DNA from: Gammaproteobacteria bacterium
GTDB taxonomy: Bacteria; Pseudomonadota; Gammaproteobacteria; JBCCGL01
DNA: 64,000 nt
Assembly (NCBI GenBank): GCA_965277715.1
Contig: OZ255836.1
Location: 2,912,001-2,976,000 of the forward strand
Reading direction: 5' to 3'
Positions 54,734 to 63,464 of the stretch are shown in pieces (the first letter of the stretch is position 1; each line of letters opens with the position of its first letter). The position numbers and the translations under genes were made by a program. The notes under the pieces are model-generated. The model saw nothing but the letters and a program-made list of their open reading frames with translations. It was not told the origin of the DNA and ran no database searches.

Positions 54734-55913
54734 TACGTATACAGGGAGTTATTGTAAAGCGCGACAAAGGCTGCCAACCCCCCTCGTCTCAGGGCTTGCC
54801 CGTTGTACAGGCGAGTGTGTGGCGAATGAAGCGGCCAGTCACTGGCACTGGCAAGGGCGTTCAGTTAAATTGGTTGACGGCACCACTGTGACAATGCCCG
54901 ATACGCCTGAAAATCAGGTAGTTTATCCGCAACAGTCAGGCCAGCAAGTGGGGATCGGTTTTCCTCTTTGTCGCTGGGTAGGAATTATTTGTTTAGCCAG
55001 TGGTGGTGTTCTCGATGCGGCAATGGGTCCTTTTAAAGGTAAGGGAGCGGATGAGCAAACGTTATTGAGAAAAATACAAAATGCGCTTAAACCGGGTGAT
55101 ATTGTGGTGGGTGATGCCTATTTTGCGGGTTATTTTTTTCTAGCAAACCTTATAGAGCAAGGAGTAGACGGTGTATTTGAGCCGCATGGTGCGCGGCGTA
55201 AATCCACAGATTTTCGAGAAGGCAAAAGGCTTGGATCGAAGGATCACCTGATTTGTTATACAAAGCCCAAGAAGAGACCAGAGTGGATGAGCGAAGAAGC
55301 CTATGAAGCGGCTGCTGATGAAGTGGTTATACGTGAACTGAAAGTGGGTAAAAAACTGTTGGTGACAACGTTGTTATCAGTTAAATCGGCGTCTAAAGAG
55401 GCGCTTAAACAGCTCTACAAAGAACGCTGGCATGTCGAACTTGATTTACGCCATATAAAAACGACAATGAAGATGCACACCTTCCGTTGTAAGACGCCAG
55501 AAATGGTTGAGAAGGAAATGTGGGTACACATATTAGCTTACAACCTTATTCGCTTATTAATGGCGCAATCTGCCTTACTAGTGGACATACTGCCTCGACA
55601 GATAAGTTTTAAGCATACGTTACAAATTTGGGTAGCGTATCGTTATCAGAAAGGCGGTAGCCCTCTGGGTAGTGATAAGGTGTTGGCGCTATGTGCGTTG
55701 ATTGCAGAAAACTGTGTGGGTAATCGACCGGGGCGTATTGAACCAAGAGTGGTTAAACGAAGACCCAAACCGTATCCTTTATTGATGCAGCCAAGGGACG
55801 TGGCCAGAAGTGTTGTTAAAAAATATGGCCATCCCAAAAAACAGAAATAGGTCATTTACAATGAAAGTACTTCCATATTTTTCATGTACTTAGAGCTTAA
55901 GGAAGTGCCATTC
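54348..55913 (+). mobile_element. Complete IS4-family insertion sequence
   Basis: TIRs gaatggcacttccttaagc / gcttaaggaagtgccattc; flanking ~10-bp duplication ggggcaggct. Confidence 0.9.
54462..55850 (+). CDS. IS4-family DDE transposase
   Basis: LVDGT, GDAYF, YKERWHVELDLRHIK (Y-R-E-K), RIEPRVVKRRPK. Confidence 0.92.
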   Translation: MQSNVKVNILQRRIKSRAQSSDALSFYHLLTSSQLLTKLEELQPDFRARRYPPLDTLSLFLYQTMSADQSCQQAVNTLAVQRLSEGLSVSNTYTGSYCKARQRLPTPLVSGLARCTGECVANEAASHWHWQGRSVKLVDGTTVTMPDTPENQVVYPQQSGQQVGIGFPLCRWVGIICLASGGVLDAAMGPFKGKGADEQTLLRKIQNALKPGDIVVGDAYFAGYFFLANLIEQGVDGVFEPHGARRKSTDFREGKRLGSKDHLICYTKPKKRPEWMSEEAYEAAADEVVIRELKVGKKLLVTTLLSVKSASKEALKQLYKERWHVELDLRHIKTTMKMHTFRCKTPEMVEKEMWVHILAYNLIRLLMAQSALLVDILPRQISFKHTLQIWVAYRYQKGGSPLGSDKVLALCALIAENCVGNRPGRIEPRVVKRRPKPYPLLMQPRDVARSVVKKYGHPKKQK

Positions 55914-56100
55914 GGGGCAGGCTTATTATTCACCATACAACGACTAATACGTATAAAAACAGTGATTTCCAGCAAGAAATATAAGAAATAACTGCCTTGA
56001 TGGGATGGACCCGCTCCCTTTGAATCGGCATCACAATGTGCCAAGATTGAGCGGTAACACAACCAATCTATTATCACCTAATAAAGGTAGGAGCGAGTCC

Positions 56101-57126
56101 ATGAACGAGAATATCACCCGATTGGGTATTGATCTAGCCAAAACTATTTTTCAAGTGTGTGGTGCTAATAAACACGGTAAAGTGGTGTTTAATAAAAAAC
56201 TCAAACGCGATCAGCTACCGTCTTATATCGCCAATGTACCGGCCTGTGAGGTGGTGATGGAAGCGTGTGCGACGTCCAGTTATTGGTCGCAGGTTTTCAC
56301 ACGCTACGGCCACACCGTCAAACTCATTAACCCAGCCTATGTACGCCCTTACGTTAAAACAAACAAGAACGATGCAGCGGATGCAGAGGCCCTGTGTGAA
56401 GCAGCCTCACGTCCGAGTATGCGATTTGTTCAGCCCAAAACACCCGACCAACAAGACAGCCAATTATTCCACCGGGTGCGCAGTCGGCTAGTGTCAAAAC
56501 GGACGAGTTTAAGTAATCAGATAAGAGGGTTACTGGGTGAGTATGGGCTGATTATTCCGGTGGGTATTCACCACGTTCGCCAGCACTTGCCTGCGCTTTT
56601 AGAGGATGCTGAAAATGCCTTGTCAGCCACAGCACGTGAAGTGTTCAGTGCTTTGTATGATGAACGAGTGGAGATTGATAAACGCGTAACACACTACACA
56701 AAACGGTTAACCCAGTTGAGCAACCAGCATGAGCGCTGTCAACAATTAAAAACACTGCCGGGTGTAGGGCCTCTGGTCGCCACTGCCTTGTTTACAGCAA
56801 TGGGCGATCCGGGTTTTTATAAAAACGGGCGTGAGTTTTCCGCCTTTTTGGGTCTCGTTCCTCGTCAATATAGTTCGGGGGGCAAAACACAACTCAAAGG
56901 TATCAGTAAACGCGGGGACGAACACGTGCGCACTTTGTTGATACAGGGGGCGCAAGCGGCATTAAGTCGAATGCCTAAACACGATGATGGGCTAAGTCGT
57001 TGGGCCTGTCGTGTCAAAGCACGTCGGGGCCATTGTGTGGCGGCGGTGGCATTGGCCAATAAGCTCGCCAGAATTAGCTGGGCGGTAGCGGCTAATAATA
57101 CAACTTACGTGCATAAAACAGTTTAA
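56101..57126 (+). CDS. IS110-family DEDD recombinase
   Basis: GIDLAK, MEAC, KNDAADA, GLVPRQYSSGGK, VALANKLAR. Confidence 0.95.
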   Translation: MNENITRLGIDLAKTIFQVCGANKHGKVVFNKKLKRDQLPSYIANVPACEVVMEACATSSYWSQVFTRYGHTVKLINPAYVRPYVKTNKNDAADAEALCEAASRPSMRFVQPKTPDQQDSQLFHRVRSRLVSKRTSLSNQIRGLLGEYGLIIPVGIHHVRQHLPALLEDAENALSATAREVFSALYDERVEIDKRVTHYTKRLTQLSNQHERCQQLKTLPGVGPLVATALFTAMGDPGFYKNGREFSAFLGLVPRQYSSGGKTQLKGISKRGDEHVRTLLIQGAQAALSRMPKHDDGLSRWACRVKARRGHCVAAVALANKLARISWAVAANNTTYVHKTV

Positions 57127-57189
57127 TAACATCGTTGAAGATTTCTTACCACGAGGTAGCGAAAGAGCAGTAAAGGGTATAACAGGTTA

Positions 57190-57335
57190 AACCGGCTCAG
57201 ACAGAACCTGGAGGGGGTCATGGTCTTCACAGACCGATTGCTTGATGAGGTGTCTGAGCACGGTTCCCATTATGGCTCTGGACGGATAAACAAATACAAT
57301 CCGTCCTATCGAGAAGCCGGATATATGACTGCTAA
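57190..57335 (+). ncRNA. Predicted bridge RNA/seekRNA of the IS1111 element
   Basis: Two stem-loops with internal loops carrying target-matching (gggggtca, ttgcttga) and donor-matching (cccatta, atatatga) segments; RNA ends approximate. Confidence 0.7.
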
Positions 57336-57458
57336 CCTTATTTACTGTGTCTGCTCTGAACGCTAAAAAATGAATGAACGATTAAAAAATTGTTGAATTT
57401 AACTGCGGGTCCATATATGACCCCTTTTTTTCATTCTGCTATGGTGTATTATTGAGAA

Positions 57459-57803
57459 ATGAAAGAAAAAACACCTATACGGGTTACTCTTCGACTGCCC
57501 GCTGATGTGCATGAAGAGATAGCCTCCGCATCCTCCTTGGCTGGCCTTAGCCTGAATCAAGAGATAGTGTCACGCCTCAAGGAAACGCTTAGGCAAGATA
57601 AATTCTTGGTCGATTCCAATGAATGGATAAATAATCACACGGCTACTTATGATGATTTGTTAGCCTTATATGAAACAGCTACTGTAGAGGTGGAGGAGTG
57701 GAAAGAAAAAGACTACAGCGTTACAACTGCTATGCAAGGTTTTGAGGCTGTAAGCGATATTAAAAACCGCCTTGCCGCTATAGAGAAAAAGCTAGATAAA
57801 TAG
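57459..57803 (+). CDS. Arc-family ribbon-helix-helix DNA-binding protein
   Basis: RVTLRLPADVHEEI...SLNQEIVSRL. Confidence 0.85.
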   Translation: MKEKTPIRVTLRLPADVHEEIASASSLAGLSLNQEIVSRLKETLRQDKFLVDSNEWINNHTATYDDLLALYETATVEVEEWKEKDYSVTTAMQGFEAVSDIKNRLAAIEKKLDK

Positions 57804-57820
57804 CTTTAGGAGCGTGACTA

Positions 57821-58657
57821 GTGGAAATAGCCTATAGCACTATTGAGAAATCCCCAGTATCCATCCATGTCTTTTGCAAAAAGTCTGACGCTGAAATAGA
57901 AAAATTGCGGAGATCATTGTTATGTCCCAAGTGTGAAGTTAAGGCGTGGTTCCGCAAAAAATCAAAAGATGGTAAATCAGCCTGCTTTAATGCGTATCAT
58001 GCAGAAGGCTGTACTGCATCGACACAAAAGCATCAAATAAAAAATAATACCGAAGTTGTCGAAGACGTAAGGCAAATCATTACAAACAATGATACGGTGG
58101 ATTTAAATTTCGTTGTGTATAGCAGTCCAATTGCTGATGGTGAAAATACGTTTCAACAGTCACTTACTATTAAAAACGTCGATTCTGCAAGTTCTCGACA
58201 CAGTATTACACCAGCAATAGAAAGAAACCAAACAAGAAGGTTATCCTCTATATTAAAGCTACTTACAGGCTCGGAGGATTTTGCCAAATCTAATATCAAG
58301 ATTGACACAGGGCCACCAGCTAAACATCCATATTATGCTAGAAATCTGTTTGTGAGCTTTGATGCAATAATCGAAGAGCATATAGGGAAATGGCGCGGTT
58401 TTTGGGGTGTGATCAGTCATGCCAATGAAGAAGTTACATGGTTAAATATTGCAAACAGTTTAGATGTTAGCATCCCTATATCAGCTATTAAGGCTTATTT
58501 GTTAAAAACGTTTAGGATAATGGAAGCAGAAGATTTGGCTGGGGCGCAAGTGCTAGTCTTTGGCTATCTCAACGTTTCAAAAACCAAAGCTAAAAAATAT
58601 TTCATAAAGCTTCGGAATAATAATCCTGCTCATATTTTTCTCAAACTGGACAACTAA
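57821..58657 (+). CDS. Hypothetical protein with N-terminal Zn-finger-like motif
   Basis: CPKC...C..AYHAEGC; AT-rich; RBS aggag. Confidence 0.75.
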   Translation: MEIAYSTIEKSPVSIHVFCKKSDAEIEKLRRSLLCPKCEVKAWFRKKSKDGKSACFNAYHAEGCTASTQKHQIKNNTEVVEDVRQIITNNDTVDLNFVVYSSPIADGENTFQQSLTIKNVDSASSRHSITPAIERNQTRRLSSILKLLTGSEDFAKSNIKIDTGPPAKHPYYARNLFVSFDAIIEEHIGKWRGFWGVISHANEEVTWLNIANSLDVSIPISAIKAYLLKTFRIMEAEDLAGAQVLVFGYLNVSKTKAKKYFIKLRNNNPAHIFLKLDN

Positions 58658-58663
58658 CCTCAA

Positions 58664-60631
58664 ATGGAAATAGAAAAGAAATTTAAAGTCCAAGTCCAAA
58701 AGGATCATCTGTCTAAGGTGGCTTCTGGAAAGCCAATAATCGGGTTGTGTGAACTTATTTGGAATGCTTTTGACGCTGACGCAAGCAATGTAAACGTTTA
58801 TTTTAATGAAGGTCAATTTGGTGTTGACCGGGTAATTATTTCCGACGATGGCACCGGCATTAAATATGGTGAAGCTGAAAAATTATTCATTGGTTTAGGT
58901 GGTTCGTGGAAGTCCAGTGGCAAGCAGACAGAAAAAGGGCGGTTTTTACACGGCCAAGAGGGTCAGGGGCGCTTCAAAGCTTTTACCATTGGGCGTGTAA
59001 CTGATTGGAAAGTTGTTTATAAAGAAGACAACAAGTTCTATGAATACACGATTGAAGGTAAAGCGGAGGCTATTGACGAATTTTTATTAAGTTCTAATAA
59101 AGATTCAGACCAACGCAAAACTGGTGTAACTGTCGAAATAACTGAAATCAATAAAAATTTCCATATCCTTGATGAAAACAAGGCACTTGAAAAACTTGCA
59201 CCAGTCTTTGCCTTGTACCTTAAAAATTATAGTGGGGTAATCCTCCGTATAGGTAGTCAAAAGCTGGATGCTTCAATAGCTATCAAGGATATTAAAAGTA
59301 TTGATCTGCCGGCATTGAGTATTGAAGATAAGGAACATTTTGTAAGCGTTGAAATAGTAGAGTGGAACGGTATTTCAGCGCGCGAAATATGGTTTGCTGA
59401 TTCAAAAGGCTTTCCACTTGAATCTTATGATAAACAAGTTCGAGGTATTGGAGAGAGTGGATTCAGTGCCTATATAAAATCGGACTACTTCCGTGAATTA
59501 AAAAACAAGGATTTATTATCATTACGCGACCTTGAAGCAAGCATTAGCGCCTGCTGCGAGACAGCAATCAATGCGGTCAAAGAACACTTCTTATTAAGGG
59601 CCTTGGAACAAGCAAGAAACCAAATTGACGAATGGAAAGATGAAGAAATCTACCCGTTCAAGGGTGAACCTGTGTCCCCTATTGAAGATGCTGAAAGAAA
59701 AATTTTTGATATTGTCGCCATTAATGTAAATAAAAGCCTTCCAGATTTTAAAAATTTAAATAAAAAATCTAAACAGTTTCAGTTAAGAATGCTGAAACAG
59801 GCGATAGAAAAAAGTCCTGAAGACCTTCAGATCATTATGACTGAAGTTCTAAATCTACCAAAAAATACACGGGAAAGTTTAGCTGAATTACTTCAAGGAA
59901 CAAGTCTTTCGTCAATTATTAATGCATCTAAGGTGGTGTCAGACCGAATAAAATTCATAACCGGTTTAGACCAGCTTGTTTTTAATCACAAAGACAACTT
60001 AAAAGAACGTACACAACTGCATAGAATCTTAGCTCAAAACACTTGGATTTTTGGTGATGGATTTACTTTGTCGGTTGACGATCAAGCACTAACTGAAGTT
60101 CTTAAACAACATGCTTCTTGCTTGGAAAATGATGTTGTAATTAACGATCCGGTAACAAGAGTTGACGGTCGTCGCGGCATTGTTGACTTGATGTTATCAA
60201 GACAACTGCCCCGAAACCGTGCCGACGAATTAGAACATTTAGTTATAGAGTTGAAAGCCCCTAAAGTTGTTATTGGTAAAAAGGAAATTGACCAGATAGA
60301 AAGTTATGCTTTTGCTGTTTCTAATGATGAACGATTTAGAAGTCTTAATACAAAGTGGGACTTCTGGATCATTTCAAATGACTATGATGATTATGCAGAA
60401 CTCAAACTTGAGAATGACAGCTTTGAATATGGCGTGATTTATAAAACCAGTAAAAAGCGTAATGTTACTATCTGGCTAAAAACATGGTCTGAACTAATTG
60501 CTGAAAATAAACACCGTCTTGAATTTATTCGTGACAAGCTAAATTATAATGTCGATAAAGAAAGCGCAATGAATCACCTGAAATCGACATATTCTGAATA
60601 TATTGATGGTGTGGTTTTGGAAAATAAATGA
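58664..60631 (+). CDS. GHKL/MORC-like ATPase fused to a C-terminal PD-(D/E)xK nuclease
   Basis: ELIWNAFDA, DDGTGI, GQEGQGRF; C-terminal VDLML...VIELKAP...QIESYA. Confidence 0.85.
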   Translation: MEIEKKFKVQVQKDHLSKVASGKPIIGLCELIWNAFDADASNVNVYFNEGQFGVDRVIISDDGTGIKYGEAEKLFIGLGGSWKSSGKQTEKGRFLHGQEGQGRFKAFTIGRVTDWKVVYKEDNKFYEYTIEGKAEAIDEFLLSSNKDSDQRKTGVTVEITEINKNFHILDENKALEKLAPVFALYLKNYSGVILRIGSQKLDASIAIKDIKSIDLPALSIEDKEHFVSVEIVEWNGISAREIWFADSKGFPLESYDKQVRGIGESGFSAYIKSDYFRELKNKDLLSLRDLEASISACCETAINAVKEHFLLRALEQARNQIDEWKDEEIYPFKGEPVSPIEDAERKIFDIVAINVNKSLPDFKNLNKKSKQFQLRMLKQAIEKSPEDLQIIMTEVLNLPKNTRESLAELLQGTSLSSIINASKVVSDRIKFITGLDQLVFNHKDNLKERTQLHRILAQNTWIFGDGFTLSVDDQALTEVLKQHASCLENDVVINDPVTRVDGRRGIVDLMLSRQLPRNRADELEHLVIELKAPKVVIGKKEIDQIESYAFAVSNDERFRSLNTKWDFWIISNDYDDYAELKLENDSFEYGVIYKTSKKRNVTIWLKTWSELIAENKHRLEFIRDKLNYNVDKESAMNHLKSTYSEYIDGVVLENK

Positions 60632-60885
60632 ACCAAGTCCAGGCCATTGACGAACAAAAAACTATTGAAGATTACCGGGAGCTGATCAATGAGGTTTCAG
60701 GTAGCCCAACGTCTGAAAATATCCGAAAACTAGCATTGTGGGTTTACTATATCGCTCCCAAGTTACCCAACGAGGTTGAAAGCGGTGTTTGGGAAAGCCT
60801 ATATACCGCGTTACCTATTCAAGCTGTTATTGAAATTAACGAGCTAATTAGCAATAACTCTCAACCCCCGGTTACTAGAAACTAG
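60628..60885 (+). CDS. Small hypothetical protein
   Basis: Start overlaps the upstream stop (ATGA). Confidence 0.55.
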   Translation: MNQVQAIDEQKTIEDYRELINEVSGSPTSENIRKLALWVYYIAPKLPNEVESGVWESLYTALPIQAVIEINELISNNSQPPVTRN

Positions 60886-61029
60886 GCTTAAATTTCTGGT
60901 TGCGGCCTGTTCTATAAAATCAGACCACCAGCACATAACCACTTTGCGGCGTTCCAAATAATCCGCACGATTATAAGCGCGGCGTACGTCATTGCTGTCT
61001 GCATGGGCGAAAGCGGATTCTATAACGTC

Positions 61030-61282
61030 GTAAGCGCCCTTAAATCAGCCTCTATTCCAAGGTAATGTCCAAAACGACATGCCAAGGTAGCAAGGCCTCT
61101 CTCTTTTCAAGAGTATCGGCACTGCCGATATGATTAAGGGCGTGCAGTATGTACGCATAGGGTTCAAGCCCATTAGCTTTGGCCGTTTCGATCAATGAGT
61201 AACATGTGGCACTGGCATGGGCGCCACGGGTTGAATCGGCAAACAACCAGGCTTTTCTACCCACGGCAAAAGGCCTGATAGA
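61030..61282 (-). pseudogene. IS66 right end with TnpC C-terminal fragment
   Basis: IRPFAVGRKAWLF, SLIETAKANGLEP, LLPW; GTAAGCG terminus at 61030. Confidence 0.85.
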
Positions 61283-61287
61283 AGCAA

Positions 61288-61379
61288 GGGGGTCAGGCTT
61301 ATTATTCACCATACAACGACTAATACGGATAAAAACAGTGGTTTCCAGCAAGAAATATAGGAAATAACTGCCTTGACCC
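61288..61379 (+). repeat. ~93-bp GGGGTCA-bounded unit, copy 2
   Basis: gggggtcaggc...gccttgaccc; direct repeat of the unit at 55914. Confidence 0.85.
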
Positions 61380-61539
61380 GAATGGCACTTCCTTAAGACG
61401 TAAGCAACTGATAGTAAAGAGTTTATTTATTCTTTCTAAGAAAAAAAATGATATTTTGAAAGTTGCCGCCAATGATAACCGGGATAGTTTTACAAATATT
61501 GCTTTCAAGAACCGGTGTTTGTCAAGGTAGTTGTCCGTT

Positions 61540-62622
61540 TTACTGTGCTACTTGCTTTTCAATTCCATTGTGCTTTTGTCTCATGGCCAAGCCTTCCTTT
61601 TCCGGGTTTAACCACACCCCCGATACCGGTTCGAGGTGTTTAATATCCTGGCTCCAGCGTTCAGGGTGTTTGGCCTTTGCTTGTTCATAAACTGCTTTTC
61701 TGGCTGCCAGTATCGCGTGATCTTCGCCTTTATGACGCGAGGCTGGTGTCACAAACCCAATGCCGCTATGGCAATGAGAGTCGTTGTACCATTGCACAAA
61801 TCCATGCACCCAGTTTCGGGCAGAGGCTAAACTATCAAATGGCTTTGACGGATAGGCAGGCGTGTATTTTAAGGTTCTAAACAGACTTTCTGAATAAGGA
61901 TTATCATCGCTTACCGATGGCCTGCTAAACGAAGGTATCACACCCAACCATTGCAGTTTTGCTAACATGGTAGCACCTTTCATCGGGCCACCATTATCCG
62001 CGTGTAATACCAATTGACTCTGGCTGCATCCCTCCGCTAAACAGGCACGCTGGATCAGCGCCGCTGCCAGATCAGCCGATTCACTGTCATGCACTTCCCC
62101 GGCAACAATTTTACGACTGTAAATATCCATCATCATGTAAAGCCGGTAAAACCACCCGGTTATGTTCGATTTCAAAAAGGTAATATCCCAAGACCACACC
62201 TCGTTTGGCCTTGATGCCAGGTAGCTGTTAGGTTTGTGCCGTTTTTTAGGCGCCGCCGCCTTACCTCGCCGCTGCAGTTGGTTTTCCGACTTTAACACCC
62301 GATAGAAGCTTGACTCTGATCCAATATACACACCTTCATCCGCCAATTTGGGCACAATTTGCGAGGGGGGTAGCGCTTGGTATTTCGCTTCATTACAAGT
62401 GGTGACGATCAATGCCCGCTCTTCTGCTGTGAACTTATTACCAGGCGCCTGTCGATGAGCGCTGGGTCTGCCATCAGCACGGACAGTACCCGCGTTTGCC
62501 CAGCGTCGGTACGTCTTAGGGTGTCACTCAAGCACTTTGCACGCTTTGCTTAATGTAGCGCCAGCGACAACGGCCTCTTTGATTAAACGGATACTATTTT
62601 GGCGATCTGAATGGCAGGTCAT
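61540..62622 (-). pseudogene. IS3 orfB (integrase core) with premature TGA
   Basis: WSWDIT, LHADNG, SESLFRTLKY; in-frame TGA at 62524-62526. Confidence 0.8.
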
Positions 62623-63113
62623 TCGTCCTCTCCCTCCCCCCAGATCGCTTGGGCCTTTTTTCTAAGCACCAGCAAAGCGGCTGTTTCGGCTAACGCTTTC
62701 TCCTTTCGGTGCAGGTCTTGTTCGAGACGTTTAATACGTTTATCCGCTTCTCTACGACTGGTTTGTAAACGTTTCGTTTGGGCGCGATCCCAGTCATTGG
62801 CTTGTTCACAAGCCATTCGCCATGCCTTAATCTGATCAGGGTACAAACCACGATGACGGCAATAAGCTGAAAGGTCTGTTTCGCTTAATGACGCACTTTC
62901 CAGAACCGCTGAAAACTTATCCGAAGAACCCCAACCTGCTGGTGTCAAATCGCCATCTGGCATGAGTTCGCCTTTCGCTCTTGCTGGGGCTCGCCAACTA
63001 TAAAGCGTACCTTGTGCAATGCCTTCTTCTTTGGCTAACCGGGAAATTGTCTGATTGTTCGGCGGCAGCATCTTCTTTAAAACAGCGGCCTTTCTTTCTA
63101 TTGGATAACGCAT
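62619..63113 (-). CDS. IS3 orfA (HTH)
   Basis: LAKEEGIAQGTLYSWR, KALAETAALLVLRKK. Confidence 0.85.
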   Translation of the reverse strand: MRYPIERKAAVLKKMLPPNNQTISRLAKEEGIAQGTLYSWRAPARAKGELMPDGDLTPAGWGSSDKFSAVLESASLSETDLSAYCRHRGLYPDQIKAWRMACEQANDWDRAQTKRLQTSRREADKRIKRLEQDLHRKEKALAETAALLVLRKKAQAIWGEGEDE

Positions 63114-63270
63114 ACCACTCTCTCTTTGCCTCCTGTAATAACTTATTGAATCCCAATTTAGGGAGGGGGACAACTACCCTGACACAGGGGGGAACCATAT
63201 GCCAAGTTATCTGAACCAAGCACATAATACCAATACTTTCAAATACTTACAGCTTAAGGAAGTGCCATTC

Positions 63271-63330
63271 GTGCCTGTCCTATTTTTCTTCTGTTTTTCC
63301 TATTTCTATATAGTGCCTGTCCTATTTTTC
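63271..63330 (+). repeat. 18-bp direct repeat gtgcctgtcctatttttc x2
   Basis: 63271-63288 and 63313-63330; variant (GGACAGG) of the island motif. Confidence 0.7.
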
Positions 63331-63356
63331 CTAGGTCTGTAAAAAGACTGCGAGCT

Positions 63357-63437
63357 TCATGTGGCGATTTCGTCAGCGCTCCAGAGTAGAAAATGGGGTG
63401 GATCGTCTATATACGACGGGATGGATACCGGTTCCAT
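63357..63437 (-). pseudogene. traL: 5' fragment of conjugative pilus assembly protein TraL
   Basis: MEPVSIPSYIDDPPHFLLWSADEIAT*, with RBS. Confidence 0.65.
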
Positions 63438-63464
63438 GTTGGCCTCAGTTAAATTAGATATGCA

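Larger units (their letters stand above)
55998..57417 (+). mobile_element. IS110-family, IS1111-group insertion sequence
   Basis: Sub-terminal IRs ATGGACCCGC (56005) / GCGGGTCCAT (57405-57414), 7 and 3 nt from the ends; boundaries defined by the empty site at 61368-61379. Confidence 0.9.
55914..57424 (+). repeat. ~93-bp GGGGTCA-bounded unit, copy 1 (split by IS1111)
   Basis: 55914-55997 plus 57418-57424 reconstitute a near-identical copy of 61288-61379. Confidence 0.85.
61520..63184 (-). mobile_element. IS3-family insertion sequence
   Basis: IRs tgtcaaggtagttgtcc / ggacaactaccctgaca; orfA and orfB. Confidence 0.85.
61380..63270. mobile_element. Pair of IS4-type termini without transposase, with a nested IS3
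   Basis: gaatggcacttccttaag at 61380 and cttaaggaagtgccattc ending at 63270. Confidence 0.7.

Noticed and set aside
61052-61351. 99-aa ORF as an intact gene
   Set aside because: Chimera of the 93-bp repeat read antisense plus the IS66 TnpC tail.
62524-62526. In-frame TGA in IS3 orfB as recoding or selenocysteine
   Set aside because: All other genes use TGA as stop; best explained as a nonsense mutation.
51755-63335. Repeats as a CRISPR array
   Set aside because: Irregular kb-scale spacing, no constant repeat-spacer period and no cas genes.
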